From positions 33,665 to 97,664 of the forward strand of contig CAXHJY010000146.1 of the NCBI GenBank assembly GCA_964016885.1: DNA of 64,000 bases, in the 5' to 3' direction. Every line of letters begins with the position of its first letter. The stretch's first letter is position 1. A program made the translations under genes and the position numbers. Positions 12,790 through 27,719 of the stretch are shown piece by piece. Below the pieces are notes generated by a model. It was not told where the DNA came from. It saw only the letters and a program-made list of their open reading frames with translations, and made no database searches. The DNA comes from Eledone cirrhosa. Lineage: Eukaryota.

Positions 12790-13660
12790 TGAAGAGATTG
12801 GCAAGGGCAGAGGTTAACTTTGAGGGTCATTGTTTGAGGTTAATGGAAAGGACATTATCAGGATCTGTGACCTAGTTTATTTGAAGCAACTAGAGATTCT
12901 TTCAGACTTGGCATCTTTATTATGTATGCAGTGACGAGCCTAGTGGATTGGAGAGAGACAGCTTTTGAGATTTTTCTAGTATGTGTAATGTGGATCTGGA
13001 TACAAAGGTGTAATGCTTACAGAACTATCATGGTTGAGAAGAGGAGGGAAGAAGAATTACAAGTTAATAAAAATGCTTTTGGCAATGAAAAGTGGAAGAG
13101 CTTGCAGACTGTGCAATATATGTAAGCATTCTTCATATTTCAAACGATCTTCTTTACAGGAATTGCTGTGGTGAGAAAAAGTTGTCTAATTTGTAATAGC
13201 AGGTGATTTTCTCCAAGCCACTATAGACTACATTCTTTGCCAGTGCAGCTAGGATGATTTGGAGTTATAAATTTTGGTTTTTGTAAGTTGTAGAGAGACA
13301 TGTCTAAGACAATGGCTTCAGTCACTTGCTTAGATGTTCAATGGGTTAGAAGTGAAGCCCATGCACTATCATGGTTAGTTACCATAGAACTCTAACCAGC
13401 CAGCCAACCGTCTTGAAATGCTGCAGGGTTCGATGTGGGAGGAATGTTGCATAGTAAGTGGATTTATAATGGGTAGTTGAGATAAGGCAATTTCAACACT
13501 GAGATGGTAAGTTTGGAAGTGAGAAAGATCAACAATGTTTCAAGTGTCTGCATGTCAGTCAGGGATGCCAGTATAGATAGGATGAAACTAATTTTAACAT
13601 ATTTTTGAAAGGTTAATCCAATATGCCAGGCAATTTTTTTTTTTTTTTGCGGTAGTTTGA
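12790..13660 (-). mobile_element. Highly degenerate CR1-like LINE relic
   Basis: Patchy similarity to the 27720-28820 element and typical LINE purine skew; no intact frame. Confidence 0.4.
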
Positions 13661-14544
13661 ATTAAGATCTTTACTATAAGTACAGCATCTGCCAAAGGGG
13701 AAATAGAGAAATAAGAGAGAATGACTGTCAAGAGTTCCACCATGTTGATGTTTACTTTCTACTTTGCTTTTTCATTTCTTGAAAGAGTTATTCTCCTCTG
13801 AATTAGATTATTACATTGCTAAGACGGTAATTTAGGAATATGAAATACAAATTATTATTTTAGTAAACAAAACTGGCTTACTTTAAATTTTCTTCTAAAC
13901 TATAGATTGTTTTAGCTATAATTGGACTAAAATATGTACAAATCTGATCTCATCAAATTTACTCTCTAGTAGTAAATTTACCTCAGACTTGGGAACCCTT
14001 GCAAATACTTCCAAGGTCCAATATACTTTAAATTAAGCAAATTACCATAATTAAATTAAGTTAATGGGGGATTTATTTTTGTTAGAGTCTAAATAATATA
14101 CTTGGCATTTTATTTCTCTATTTTGATGAATTAAACTTGTTAAACAACAATTGAGCTTAATTTATTTCAAATTTCTCATAAATAAAAACAGTTGAACAAA
14201 TCAAATTATTACAAATATTTTATAAACACAATAATTCTAACCTTATAATTCTAACATTTTATTGTATACACTTTTATTGTGCATAATTTCTACTTTAACC
14301 TTATGCAGTGAATCAAAACTATAACTGAAATAAGTTTAGATTGATAAAAGTCATACTTTCCACATTAGGATACATTATAAGGAGGGAATATTTAATTGCT
14401 GTATCTTAGTCTCTTAAGTAACATTATACAACTGAGTTTTAACATCACTATGGTAATGAATATAAGTAGGTAAAGTCATCTGATATGTTTAGGATGAGTA
14501 TGTGTGTATATGTGTGACGTCTACCTCCAACTAACTTACCCTTC

Positions 14545-14975
14545 ACCGCTTGGTCCTGGCAGACAAGATGGCGAATACATTGCCTTGGAGGACAGCAAGG
14601 AAGACACGCTGAAACAGCCACTCCACCCCGATAGCAGTGAGCAGGGATGTGACCGAAAGTTTCCACTGCTGCAGGTCCTACCACAAACCTATCAGATACT
14701 TGGACAGTTTGCCCTCTTCGACCTGGTGGTCGAACACACCAGATTGCCACTAGAGATGCCACAGCATCTAATATCCCAGATGAGAGGCCTACCCTCGCAA
14801 ATGGGAAGATTGTTATACTGTCTGGCATTTGCTGCCCCCTCAGTCCAGCCCCGCTGCTCGAGCTGGGAAGGGAAGCCTGCACTGTCCAGGCCATACTTTA
14901 TGATCTTGTTGAGAGCAACATAGTTTTGGAGGCGGCCAGCACTGTGATGTGTAGAGACTGAAGGGATCCACAGTA
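14545..14975 (-). mobile_element. 3' fragment of a CRE-type non-LTR retrotransposon (RLE domain)
   Basis: Across frameshifts: LNKIIKYGLDSAGFPSQLE...PDSITIFPFAR(G)RPLIWD...AVETFG...EWLFQRVFLAVLQGNVFAILSA. This matches the CRE C-terminal pattern (LEPxGL, RPDGxTxxP, WD, FQRxSxAxQxGN). Confidence 0.75.
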
Positions 14976-15508
14976 AGTTTGGATTAAAATAAAATAAGGA
15001 TCTTTATAAAAACATCCATCCATTATCTTGCACTAATTTCATCCAGCCTGAGCACGTGCACACAGACTCCTGCTTGCCATTCAAATTTAAAATTTCAGTG
15101 CTAGATTACTTAACATACCATGATGTAGATTCCACTGTGATCGAGAGGATAGTGTTTTAACCCTTTCAATACCAACCCACCCATTTTAAATGGATTTAAA
15201 TTAAAATCTAACATAATTTTATATAAAACCTTTTGTTATGTTAGAAATATCATCTTAATAATTGAAATAATGTTAATAAATCCCTCCAAATTCTTCAGTA
15301 ATTAAAGTTTAAACAGTGTTAAAAGGTCAGAAGACAGATACAAAGTCACACTTTCTAAGCTTTTTGGCCAGCTTGCTTCTACAAAACGTATCTGACAATG
15401 ATACACACACACATATCGGAGTACAATCTATGGAGTTTTATCTAAATCATTTAAATGTACAATATTTCAACTTAATAACAAAGGCGAGAAGTACATTTAA
15501 TTGAAATA

Positions 15509-16095
15509 CAGTAATCCCCCGTTCATCGTGGGGATACATTCCTGAACCAACCGCAATCGATAAATGAAAATTCACGATATAGAGAGACCATAAAGATAAC
15601 CATTGTTTTCATAGTTTAAGCCTTAAAATACCTCTCCAACACGCTTTAAGAACATATAAACTCATTAAAACACACTTTTGTATCTAAACACCAAAAACAG
15701 TAACGATCGTATAGAAACTATCACCCACGATCATCGTAACTCTAGTTACCAATGACGACCATTACCAGCTACGTTAGCTGTTTGGTAATACACTGCACAT
15801 CTCCCATCAATCTATGAAGGGTTTGTAATAGATTAGAGAAAAACACAATCAGTAAAACAGTAATGGAATGAAAAATAAAAACATTTTTTTATAGTTAAAG
15901 CCCCTTTCTTACGCTATACACTTCAACCACATCAAAACTTAAGTTTAAATTCTAAACACTTTTTATTCAAACGTACGTGCCACGATAAGAAAATAGATAT
16001 GTTCTAATGAAAAATCTGTGATGAAGCAAGGATTATCGCGATAAGAAATTAGATACGTTCCAAAGAAAAATCCGCGATATAGTAGGGGATTACTG
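15509..16095. mobile_element. Tc1/mariner (Tigger/pogo-like) MITE
   Basis: TA|cagtaatcccc...ggggattactg|TA termini with TA duplication; CpG-retaining interior. Confidence 0.85.
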
Positions 16096-16452
16096 TATTT
16101 CATTTCTCTATCTGCTTTAACTCTTTTGATACCAAACAGCCTTGAACTGTCCCAAAAAATGTGGGAAGAAAATGAATGAAATTTACAGTTCCCACCTATG
16201 CAAGTTTAGCTGGCCTTCTACAAGATTACATCTCATAAGCAGATTCTCAGGTGTTTCAATGATAGGGGCTCAAATCCTATCATGGAAAGTGACACAAATG
16301 AAATGAAATGTCTTGCTCAAGTATATAACATGCCACCCGGTCTACGAATTGAGCCCAGAATCTTCTGATTGTCAGTGCAACTCTTAAACCCTAGGCCACA
16401 TCCCTGGTTCTACAATTAAAAACTGTCTGTTTTAAAGTCTTTATATATATAT

Positions 16453-18289
16453 ATCATCATCACCGTTTTACGTCCGTTCTTCCGCGCTAGCATGGGTTAG
16501 ACGGGTTGTCCTGTTGTGGGCAGTGTCTGGTCGGCTGACCATGCCTTGCTCATATGGGAACTGATTCTGGCTTGATTTCTACAGCTGGATCCCCTTCCTA
16601 ACAGCAACCCGATTTACAGTGTGGGCTGGGTGCTTTTTTGCCGTGGTACCTCCATGACCACTTTGCAGAGGGAGGGTGTGGGGGCATATTGTCTATACGT
16701 TTCAGCTTCGGCTTGTACCCGTGGGGGGGGGGTCGGGTCTTCTGTATTACTGCGCGACGCCAGAGGTCACGATCATGTGCCATCGCCTTTGAGGTGTGTA
16801 ATTGGGTAAGGTCGGCTTTTATCACCTCATCCCAGGTCATCTTGGGTCTCCCCACTCCGCGGTTTCCATCGACTTCTAGTGCTCTGCACCTTTTTATGCA
16901 GCTGTCATCCTTCATACGCATCACATGTCCATACCAACGCAACCGCCTCTCCTGCACAGAGCATTTGATTCCTCTTATGCTCAGTCTCTCTCTCAATTCA
17001 TTTATGCTTTGCCGTTCGCGTATATTACTATTACACATCCATCGCAGCATGCAGGCTTCATTTCTTTCTAATCTACGCAAGTCTTCCACAGACAGCGCCC
17101 AGGTCTCACTACCATGTTACATTGCTGTTCGTATACACGCATCATACAGTCTGCCTTTCATTCTGAGGGAGAAGCCTTTTGCAGCTAGCAGTGGCAGTAG
17201 CTCCCTGAACGTCTTCCATCACGTTCTTACTCTAGTTATTGTACTTTCCGAACACCCACCTCCGCTGCTAATTCGGTCACCTAGGTAGCAGAAGCTGTCT
17301 ACTGTTTCTACAGAGCCCTCTCAGAGTTTGGTGGTACTTGTTTCTTGTGGCTGTTTGCTGCTTGCTGTCCCAGCACAGCTGCTACATGTGAAGCCTACAT
17401 TCTTAGTTAAGCTTCCTGAGATCCCGCTACATCTCTTGTGTACCCATTATTTGCATTTGGGGCAGAGAATGGAGTTCCTACCTACACCTTTCCTACATTC
17501 TGAGCAAGACCATTTCCCTGAGGGGATCTGGATTCTGTTTTCTCGTCTACTTACAAGGACCTTAGTCTTTATCAGGTCGACCCTATCTCTCTAGTCCCTG
17601 CTTCCAAGTTTGGAATTTCTTCTCTAGTTCTACCATAGATTCAGTTATAAATGCAAGGTCATCTGCATACAGGAGTTCCCATGGGCATCCAGCCTTGAAC
17701 TCCTCCGTTATTGCCTGCAGAACTATGATGAACAGGAGAGGGCTAAGAACAGAGCCCTGGGGGACACCGACCTGTATGCTAAATTCCTCGCTATAGTCAT
17801 TGCTAATCCTAACTTTCCTTTCTGCTCCCCTATACATGGCATGTACAGCTTTCACAAGCCATTCATCTACTCTTAGTTTTCTAAGAGCCCACCAGATTAT
17901 AGCACGGGAACTCTGTCAAAGGCTTTCTCGAGATTGACGAATGCCAGGTAGAACGGCTTATTTTTAGCTAGGTACTTTTCCTGTAACTGCCCCACAAGGA
18001 AGAGGGCATCGCCTCTTCCTGGCACAAACCCAAATTGCATATCATCTAGTTTCACCCGGTCACTAATCAACTGTGCTATAACTCTTTCTGTTACTTTCAT
18101 GACCTGGTCCATCAGCTTTTTACCTCTATAGTTTCCTCTATCTAGTGCATCACCTTTGCCTTTGTAGCAGTTGACAATGATGCTACTGCACCAATCCTTT
18201 GGTATGACACCTAATATTACCTGGTTAACAATACGTGTGGTTATGGTGTGACCTACCGACCCAAATGATTTCAGCATACGGCAGCTATA
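16453..18289 (-). mobile_element. 5'-truncated young RTE LINE (subfamily A), frameshifted
   Basis: ORF pieces KGDALDRGNYRG...FVNLEKAFDRVP, GVPQGSVLSPLLF...CPWELLYADDL and [11 protein letters not shown]; 3'UTR and (GAT)n tail; tttatatatat on both sides; inserted into a TTAA-MITE. Confidence 0.95.
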
Positions 18290-20688
18290 CTCATATTTAT
18301 ATATATCTCTAGATACCTTCTACCATAATAAATAAAAGAGCCATGGTCAAGTTATGTTCCAAACACAAATACCTCCAAATTCTTCCTTAATTCAAATACA
18401 ATGTATTTCCTTAGAAATATAGCCATGAAAGGGTTAATAATAAGGGCCAAAATGAAATTAAGCATCTTGTATAAGAACACAGTATATTGACCAGTCCATG
18501 AGTTGAAACCACATCATTATGACTGATTGTAAGTCTGGCATCCTAACCACTAGTCTACTTGCCTTCAATGATAATGAAAGGGTTAAATAATTTTCAACTG
18601 AGTGATGATACATTGATAAATAGATTGGCAGTTTGTAAAACTGAGAAAAAAAAGGACCTATATATAGAAATAAAGTACTTATGAAGCTAAGAGACTAAAA
18701 CTTAAAATTGTCTCACTAATATAATATATCAAAACATTTTTTTTCCTAAAAAAAACAACAACAAAAACAACAACAACAAAAAAACATCCAAAGATAAAAA
18801 AAAAATTATATCCACATCACTGAAAGCTAACACTACTTACTTACTCTTAGGGGGTGGTTATGATAAAATTCCAGAATGTGAGTCAAATTTAATCCAATCT
18901 CCAGTTTAATAGTCTAAAATTTCCCCAAGCCCTGACTTGGCTTTCCTATAGTGTAACTGTCACATATATGACAGATTTCATCTTGATAGAAATGCTATCA
19001 AAATAATTAATAGATTGAAAAGAAGAAAATAATGAGAGAAAATAACTTACAGAGAATATAATAGCAAAAGATTACAATAGGAAATGTATTTAAAAAAAAG
19101 ATTGTTTGGATAATTTCAAAATGTTCGTTGATAAAACATAAAATCGAAAGAGTAATACTTGTTTCATTTTTATCTGCACTTAGTATGTTTCAGTGTGCAT
19201 GTATATACTTCAGAATTTTTATAAGTTAAATCTGTATCAAAGGTTTTTTCGCTTTATGAACATAATGGATAGGTTTTGTTGGTATAACTTTTTTTTTACA
19301 GCTAGATGCTATTTTTTTAAATTTGCTATTTAATTTGGAAGTAAGGATTGGCTTTCTTGATTTTTCACATTGGCAAAAGGTCACAAATTTGTAGAGAAGT
19401 GTGACCGACTGACTAGACCGCAATACAAAATCATGATAGGTACAAGTATCTGAAATTAAGAGTGGTGAAGATCATGAATAAGTCCAAATTTGCCAACCAG
19501 GACTTTGTCCAGGATTCCAAATCTAAACCAGCTGGCTTTGTCCTTTCTAGAAAGCAATGGGTGTCTCTTAATCAGATCTGCACAACACTAAATATAACAA
19601 AAAAGTCAAACTATGATTGCTCGAGGATGTAAATACAGCAACAGAATGGATTTCAACTAAGACCCTTTATTTCTAAACTAAGAAAAATAACATTCTTATT
19701 CACTAGGGCAATGAAGCACATTAGAAATATAGGTTACTTGTAGGAATCTAGTCTGGTACAGTGTATACATCTAAGAATAAAACACCTGATGACAACTGAA
19801 GATCAAGCCAATTAAAATATAGTGTATATATAAAAAAAAATTCATCTTTGAAGAACTATCTATCCCAGACATTTAATTAAACTCTTTGTTCTTGTGCTCT
19901 TCTTTTTTAGCAATAAAAATAAGAGAAAGATGGAGAATTAATATAAGTGAATGGGTATTATTTCAAGGAATATTTATAGTCACAGATTGAGAACAATGGA
20001 AAGATAGGAATAAATTATTGTTACTATTGGACAAGAATTTTAAAATGGCACAAATGTTTAACAGGCCTTCCATTAACTTGTGAAGTAAAAAGACTTTAGG
20101 TTGGAATATGTATAAAAAGGAACCACACACACACTTCCAAAGAGACGTATTAAACCTCTTAATAAGACAATACAACTGGAGGAGTAATCTGAAGGTCATA
20201 AGTTTGACAAGTTTAAATTACAAACTTTTTTTTTTTAAATAAAAAACAGCCAAAAGGAAATAACACAAAGAACCAATATTCTCAGTGGATGTGTAAGATT
20301 TCATTTTCAACATAATTGATTTTATATCAAATCTTTTTCCTCATCATCATCATAATAATAATAATAATAATAATAATCATGAACCAGCATGTAGTTGCTT
20401 CATCAGTTCTATATAGCAGCAGCCAAATCTTTCTCAGTAAAACCCCTATGGTCTTTGAAGCAAGAATCATATGTATTAATTTTCTGAAATTTTTTAATAG
20501 CAGAGATCCCAAACATTTTTTCTATGCCATACATAAACTCAATCAGAGCTGACCAAGGCTACTATTCAACAACTATTGCTATCATTATCATCATATATCT
20601 AATATCTGTAGTAATAAAGTGTATATTTCCATGTCCTGATACAGTGCCATCTCATCTGATAACACTGCCAGGTCACATTATTTAACTG

Positions 20689-20832
20689 TTTGACGCATAT
20701 AGTTACGGCCCTTGTCATTCTGAGTTCAAATCCCGCCGAGGTTAACTTTGCCTTTCATCCTTACGGGGTCGATAAAATAAAGTACCAGTAATACACTGGG
20801 TAATTGCTGGCCTTGTGCCAAAAGTAGAAACA
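20689..20832 (+). mobile_element. 5'-truncated SINE
   Basis: Same body as 6082-6269; TSD attatttaactg at 20677-20688 and 20833-20844. Confidence 0.9.
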
Positions 20833-22309
20833 ATTATTTAACTGATGTGGGTAATAAGACTCAATGGTTAGTGTTGAACTTGTGATTATAAGGATATGGA
20901 TCCTGGATCAGGCAGCCTATTGTGGTTTTTAGCAAGACATTTCATTTCACATCGAGATACAACCTCATAAAAGGCTAACTAAATCGGCATAGGTGTAAGC
21001 TGTTCATCATTACAGTTCGTCTTACCAAGGTGATTGTCACATTTGGTGGTGAATTGATGGTCATTTTTGTTTTTGTTTCCCCCTTTTTTTTTCTTTCTCT
21101 GGCTTTGATCATATATTATGGTTCCTAGCAATAATTAATTGTATTTATTATATGTTGATATTTTCATTCTGAAAGAATTGTCAACAATTTGTAATGTTAT
21201 TTGTAATGTTATTTATACAACTGTGAATGAAATAAAATGTGAACATGCATAAAAAAAATATTACTAGATTACAAAATTCACATATTATTACAGCCATTAT
21301 ATGCACACATACGTGCGTGCATGCATGCGTGTGTGTGTGAAATTTTCTTGCTGTAAATATTGTTTTTGTTTAACCTTAAGTCAACCATGATCGGGCAGAT
21401 GTAAAATTCAAGTTTCACAGTTGTGGCTATCCTGTACTATATAGTATATCTCATACAATGTCCAACATCTCCCAACATGTTTAAAATGACATGGATTATG
21501 ATGATGAGAATATGTGATTTGAGAGAATTTAGCTATCTCACATAGGGGCTAGAATAAACAAAAGCCAACCACTTAAAATGGATGTAAGTCAGTTTAAAAC
21601 ATTAAAATATCAGGATGTTTTATTTCTACTACACACAAGAGCAATAAATAGTGTCAACTGCATAACCTTTCTTGATAAAATGTAGTCATCAATGAGTGAT
21701 CAGTTCAATTGATTTCAAAGCAAGCTTTGATGAATAACTACAACCAAGAACCAAAATTTGGGTCAGATTTAATCCACCAAGTGCTTACAGTTATAATGAT
21801 TATTATGTACATGATGTAATAGCACAAATATATGTCATTTTTATATCTTGGGAAGGTCTTTTAAGGTCAAAAAGTATAAATGTTGATAGATAATAATGAA
21901 AAAGCAAATGTTCAAAGTAAACTCTAGCTATTAGTCTGGGAAATATGTATTTAGACAAAGATAATTTCTATAAACTCTGAAAATTCCTACACACAGGAAA
22001 AAAAATGGTCAGTAAAGAAATGGCATAGGAGGGTTTGAGTATAATGATTTCAAGTTAAAATAGCAACCCGAAATAGCTATTTCTATAGAAAGAAATACAA
22101 TAATTAGAAACTGAAGAAAAATACAACGGAAGCAATTTTACAAACAGCTTACACATAAATGGTTAGCAAAGTTAATGAAAATGTAATGTGGTGTGTTTAT
22201 GTGTTAAAGAAAGAAAAGAAAATGTGAGCGAATGAGATGTTTTATGTGGGAGTATATTGTGTACTTTTGAGTGTTTGTTTGTAAGGAGAAGAGATTGCAA
22301 TTCTTCAGT

Positions 22310-24638
22310 ATCATCATCATCACTGTTTTACGTCCGTTCTTCCATGCTAGCATGGGTTAGACGGGTTGTCCTGTTGTGGGCAGTGTCTGGTCGGCTGACC
22401 ATGCCTTGCTCATATGGGAACTGATTCTGGCTTGATTTCTACAGCTGGATCCCCTTCCTAACACCAACCTCATTTACAGTGAGTGCTGGGTGCTTTTTTG
22501 CCGTGGCACCTCCATGACCACCTTGCGGTGGGGGGTGTAGGGGCATATTGTCTATATGCTTCAGCTTGTACCCATGGGAGGTCGGGTAATCTGTATTACT
22601 GCGTGACGCCAGCAGAGGTCATGGTAGTGTGTCATTGGCTTTGAGAGGTGTAATTGGGTAAGGTCGGCTTTTATCACCTCATCCCAGGTCATCTTGGGTC
22701 TCCCCACTCCGCGGTTTCCATCGACTTCTAGTGCTCTGCACCTTTTTATGCAGCTGTCATCCTTCATACGCATCACATGTTCATACCAGCGCAACCGCCT
22801 CTCCTGCACACAGCATTTGATTCCTCTTATGCTCAGTCTCTCTCTCAATTCATTTATGCTTTGTCGTGCACGTATATTACTGTTACACATCCATCGCAGC
22901 ATGCAGGCTTCATTTCTCTCTAATCTACGTAAGTCTTCCACCTTCAGTGCCCAGGTCTCACTACCATGCAACATCGCTGTTCGGATACACGCATCATACA
23001 GTCTGCCTTTCATTCTGAGGGAGAAGCCTTTTGCAGCTAGCAGTGGTAGTAGTTCCCTAAACTTCTTCCATCCCGTTCTTACCCTAGTTATTGTACTTTC
23101 TGAACACCCACCTCCGCTGCTAATTCGGTCACCTAGGTAGCAGAAGCTGTCTACTGTTTCTACAGAGCCCTCCCAGAGATTGGTGGTACTTGTTTCCTGT
23201 GGCTGTTTGCTGCTTGCTGTCCCAGCACAGCTGCTGCATGTGAAGCCTACATTCTTAATTAAGTTTCCTGAGATCCCACTATATCTCTTGTGTACCCATT
23301 GTTTGCATTTGGGGCAGAGAATGGAGTTCCTACCTACACCTTTCCTACATACTGAGCAAGGCCATTTCCCTGAGGGAATCTGGGTTCTGTTTTCTTGTCT
23401 ACTTACAAGGACCTTAGTCTTTGTCATGTTGACTTTGAGACCCTTTCTTTCTAGTCCCTGCTTCCAAGTTTGGAATTTATTCTCTAGTTCTACCATAGAT
23501 TCAGCTATAAGTGCGAGGTCATCAGCATACAGGAGTTCCCATGGGCATCCGGTCTTAAACTCCTCCGTTATTGCCTGCAGGACTATGATGAACAGGAGGG
23601 GGCTAAGAACAGAGCCCTGGTGGACCCCAACCTGTACGCTAAATTCCTCGCTATATTCATTGCTAATCCTAACTTTGCTGACTGCTCCCCTATACATGGC
23701 TTGTACTGCTTTCACAAGCCATTCATCTACTCCTAGTTTTCTAAGAGCCCACCAGATTACAGCACGTGGAACTCTGTCAAAGGCTTTCTCAAGGTCGACA
23801 AATGCCAAGTAGAGTGGCTTACTTTTAGCTAGGTACTTTTCCTGTAGCTGCCTCACAAGGAAGAGGGCATCAGTGGTGCCTCTTCCTGGTACAAACCCAA
23901 ATTGCATCTCGTCTATTTTCACCCGGTCCCTAATCAACTGTGCTATAACTCTTTCTGTTACTTTCATGACCTGGTCCATCAGCTTTTATACCTCTATAGT
24001 TTCCTCTATCTAGTGCATCACCTTTACCTTTGTAGCAGTTGACAATGATGCTACTGCACCAATCTTTTGGTATGACACCTAGTATTACCTGACCTGGTTA
24101 ACACCACGTGTGGTTATAGTGTGACCTACAGACCTAGATGCCTTCAGCATCTCGGCAGCTATACCCGATGGACCGGTTGCCTTCTCCCATCTTCATATCT
24201 TTGATTGCCTTACTTACTACGTTGCTGCTGACTTGTACTGCTGGCCCCTCTATAGGGTCTACTTGGGGTAGGGTCTCTTCTTCCCATGCATTCTCCTCAT
24301 TTAGTAATCTATTATAATGACTCTTCTATGCATCTTTCTTCTCAGCACTTGTGAGGGCAAGCTCACCTTTATCATTCCGGATACACTTCTCTCCAATGAC
24401 ATCACAACTCTCTATGACACACTGCCTCGCAATCTTGAACACCTCCTGTTTCTGGTCCTCACGTTGCAAAACATGCTTGAATTTTTTATCCTCTGCTTCC
24501 CTCCTAGCTAAGTATACTTGTCGCCTAGCTTCCCTCTTGGTCTCTATGTAATGTACCCTGCTCCTCCCGTTCTTCCATGCCTGTCTCTTGGCCTTAACTG
24601 CCTCATCTACCTTATTGTTCCACCACCAAGTCACTCTC
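22310..24638 (-). mobile_element. 5'-truncated young RTE LINE (subfamily A) with open 472-aa RT-PHD C-terminal frame
   Basis: ORF 22561-23979: QFGF, FVDLEKAFDRV, GVHQGSVLSP, YADD, Cys/His insert, YLG, RRLRW. Upstream TWWWN region is frameshifted. (GAT)n tail. Confidence 0.97.
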
Positions 24639-25130
24639 TATATAAATTTAATTCAAGTTCTATATGAAAATTAACAATGGAACCCCCTTGTTCAACTGAA
24701 GTGGTTGCGTTATTATGATATGAAAGGAAGTTGATACTAACTTCCAGACATTTCTGAAAATATTAGCCCTCACTTCATCTCACAACACAAAATATAGTTG
24801 ATTTCTTACCAACCTAGATCAGCACTAGGTCTACCAATTTCTAGTGAACTTCATTCACTCTTGAAAATCCAGTCAGGTTGAAATAGAGAGTAAAATGAAT
24901 TTAATGAATGTGAAAATTCAAAAGATAGTTAAAAGAAGAAACAAAGTATGTTGTCATTGAGCACCAGATGACTCCTGATCAAGAAGTCTTATTTAGACAT
25001 CCCAGCAGTGACCATCTCATAATATATCTATGACTACAATATCCAATGTGTCCTTTCTTTTCAGAGTGTGATTTGAGAGAGGTCAGTCAAGTGACTATAT
25101 AGAAGCTCTCTTAATGGCTTGGCCAAAATA

Positions 25131-25134
25131 GTGT

Positions 25135-25203
<69 letters not shown>

Positions 25204-25237
25204 CGCGTGTGTGCGCGCATGCATGCGTGCGTGCATG
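25131..25237. repeat. (GT)n/(GC) microsatellite
   Basis: Long GT run grading into GTGC repeats. Confidence 0.95.
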
Positions 25238-27719
25238 TACAGACACAATATGAAAACAGACTTTCTAACACTACAGTTATTAAATTGCTTCAACCAACCT
25301 CACTAACATCAGGCAGCACACCTACTACATTCTAGTGGTGAGAGGTAGGACATGCACCCAGCATAAAAGAAAATACTTGTTCTAACAGTGTGTAAGTTAT
25401 ACCAATTTTGATGTGTTTTTGTTATTTTGTTCGATATTAGAGATATCCTAATTCCTATTAGAAACAACATCCAAATCTCCCTCCAATCATTCAATGTTGG
25501 GCAAAAATTAATGTCTTTTGGTCAAATGTCTTCTTTAAAATGTATAACATGAACAAAGGGACAGATGTTCAAATCTGTTGTGGGTATTGTGTTTTGTCTC
25601 CTGGTAGGACACTACAATTCTACATGACATTTCCAGGAAAGTTAACTACACTGGTGTCATGCAGAGATTTTCTGCTCATTTACATAACTATTGATCCCTG
25701 TGATTAACTTTCCTTCATGAAACCATTACAATTCTTTACAACAGCACTATTCTCAGCATATCAAGTTAATAAGCTTATGCTTATTTAATTTTTCAATTAG
25801 ATCTATCAATGTAAGCGAAGACGTGTATGAGAGTTTTGACGAGAGAGAAAAAAAAAGCAGCTTAACAATAAATTCATTTAATTATCATTTTAAAGTTTCA
25901 ATTATGAAAATAATTTCAATTTATTACAGAAGATATGCAGTCAAAATACACCTAGAACTATAATTGTATTGAATCAATAAGAAAATAAGAGAGATTGTCT
26001 CATTTTATGCTTGATTAAAATAGTCTATACTGTCAACTTGTAACGTCTTCTATTTTGGCATTGAAAAACAAGAAACAAACATGTTTTATCTTATGGACTT
26101 TACAATTGAAGTGTCTGGAGATGAAGTAACACACAGTATTGACAGGAATGTAGCACATGTAAATCCAAAAACCCAACATTCAGCAATGCACCAGTTTTTT
26201 TAAGTAACAACAATAATAATAATAATAATGATGTAAAATTCAACAGAAACACCATATGGTTATATAGACACATTCAGTTATCAGACAAACATAAAACTCT
26301 GAAAAGGCATGCTACATATGGTGCCTGGTACTTTGGCTTTGAATAGAAGTATACAATAATGAAAGTTCTTTTTTTTTTAACTCTTTAGTATTCACATTAC
26401 TCTGTCTTTACTATTGTATTTTTGTAGTAAACACTTTATCTCATAATTATCGCACATATCGAATCTATGAGATTTTGATATTATTTATTTTGAGAACAAT
26501 ACCTTAACATCAGTATAAGCGGCCAGTTTCAACTGGTTTGAATAGAAAGAGGTGAGACATTTCTGGCCGGATTGAATGCTAACGGGTTAAATTAAATAAT
26601 AAACAAGAAGAGAGAAAACAGAGAGAAAAGAGCACATAAAAGGAAGGGAGCGAGGATAAATTCTACAGTTTTGAGTGAGCATCTTAGCTGTGACTTGCAG
26701 ACAACATGGCAAAAGTATTGTCACTGAGAACACCAGTAGCATAAGCCATTCCACACCATGGGGCTCTTCCCTTGGTCAAGATGCCCTCCTCTTGATTTTA
26801 CAGAGAAAAATGTGAGTCCAGGAACTAAAGATACTGGAGGTTTCAGTGGCAACTGGCACAAAAACAAAACAGCCAGTCGAAGTCAGGTATTTGGTTATTT
26901 TCTGCTCCTCTGCATTATAAGTGGCAGTGTCTAACTTTGTGGTGATGGCAATGATGTTGCAATTTATGGTATCCCAGACTAATGATTTAAACAGTTAACA
27001 TAATTGAAAGTCTAATAACAATTAAAATTAATGGCTTTAATGTTAACTTGTTTTTTGCTCTTAAAAAATTCTCATACACACTTTGGCTTACATTGAGATT
27101 TAATGGAACAATTAAGAATTAAGCTTATTAACCTGTTGCGTCATATGTCTTATAGAATGACCAATGTGTTTTGAAAATTATTTAAATTCACCATATAGTT
27201 ATAATTATTAACGCATGCTAACGTGGAAAAAAAATGGACATTAAATGGTGGTGGTGATGATGATTCTCTCATATGATAAATGCTCAGATATATACAGCTA
27301 TATTAAAATACACCCTGAAGAAGAGGGTAACTTTTGCTTTTATGGTGTTAAGCAGATGTGAAAAAACTCTCTTGGGTAGAACACTTATCCATCTTATGTA
27401 ACATAATCTGGTGCATATTTCTGACAGTTAAGTGCACCCGGTAAGGGTATGACTTCAATATACAATGAAACACTTGCACTGAATGAGAATTGAAACCTCA
27501 CTCTATAACTAAGATGGCTTCAACATATCTACCTAAAACCTAACTACCTAGTCAACAACTAAGCTGCCATGGTCATGTTTAGTATCATTGTCATAAAGTC
27601 AACTAAACTGGCTAATAAATCTTTAACATTTTGACACCAAACTGCTAGAAACTACACCTAGTTTTATGCTACAAAGCTATTTATTTTATTCTAAATCCAG
27701 CCTTTACCAAGCTAACACA

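Noticed and set aside
14448-14923. 139-aa plus and 148-aa minus ORFs as a host gene
   Set aside because: Frames running through a frameshifted CRE retrotransposon relic.
19051-19449. Possible minus-strand exon (ttaatttcag ... gtaagt) ending I-I-F-S in frame with the chromodomain
   Set aside because: An in-frame TAA lies eight codons before the donor with no ATG after it; at most a non-coding exon, unsupported.
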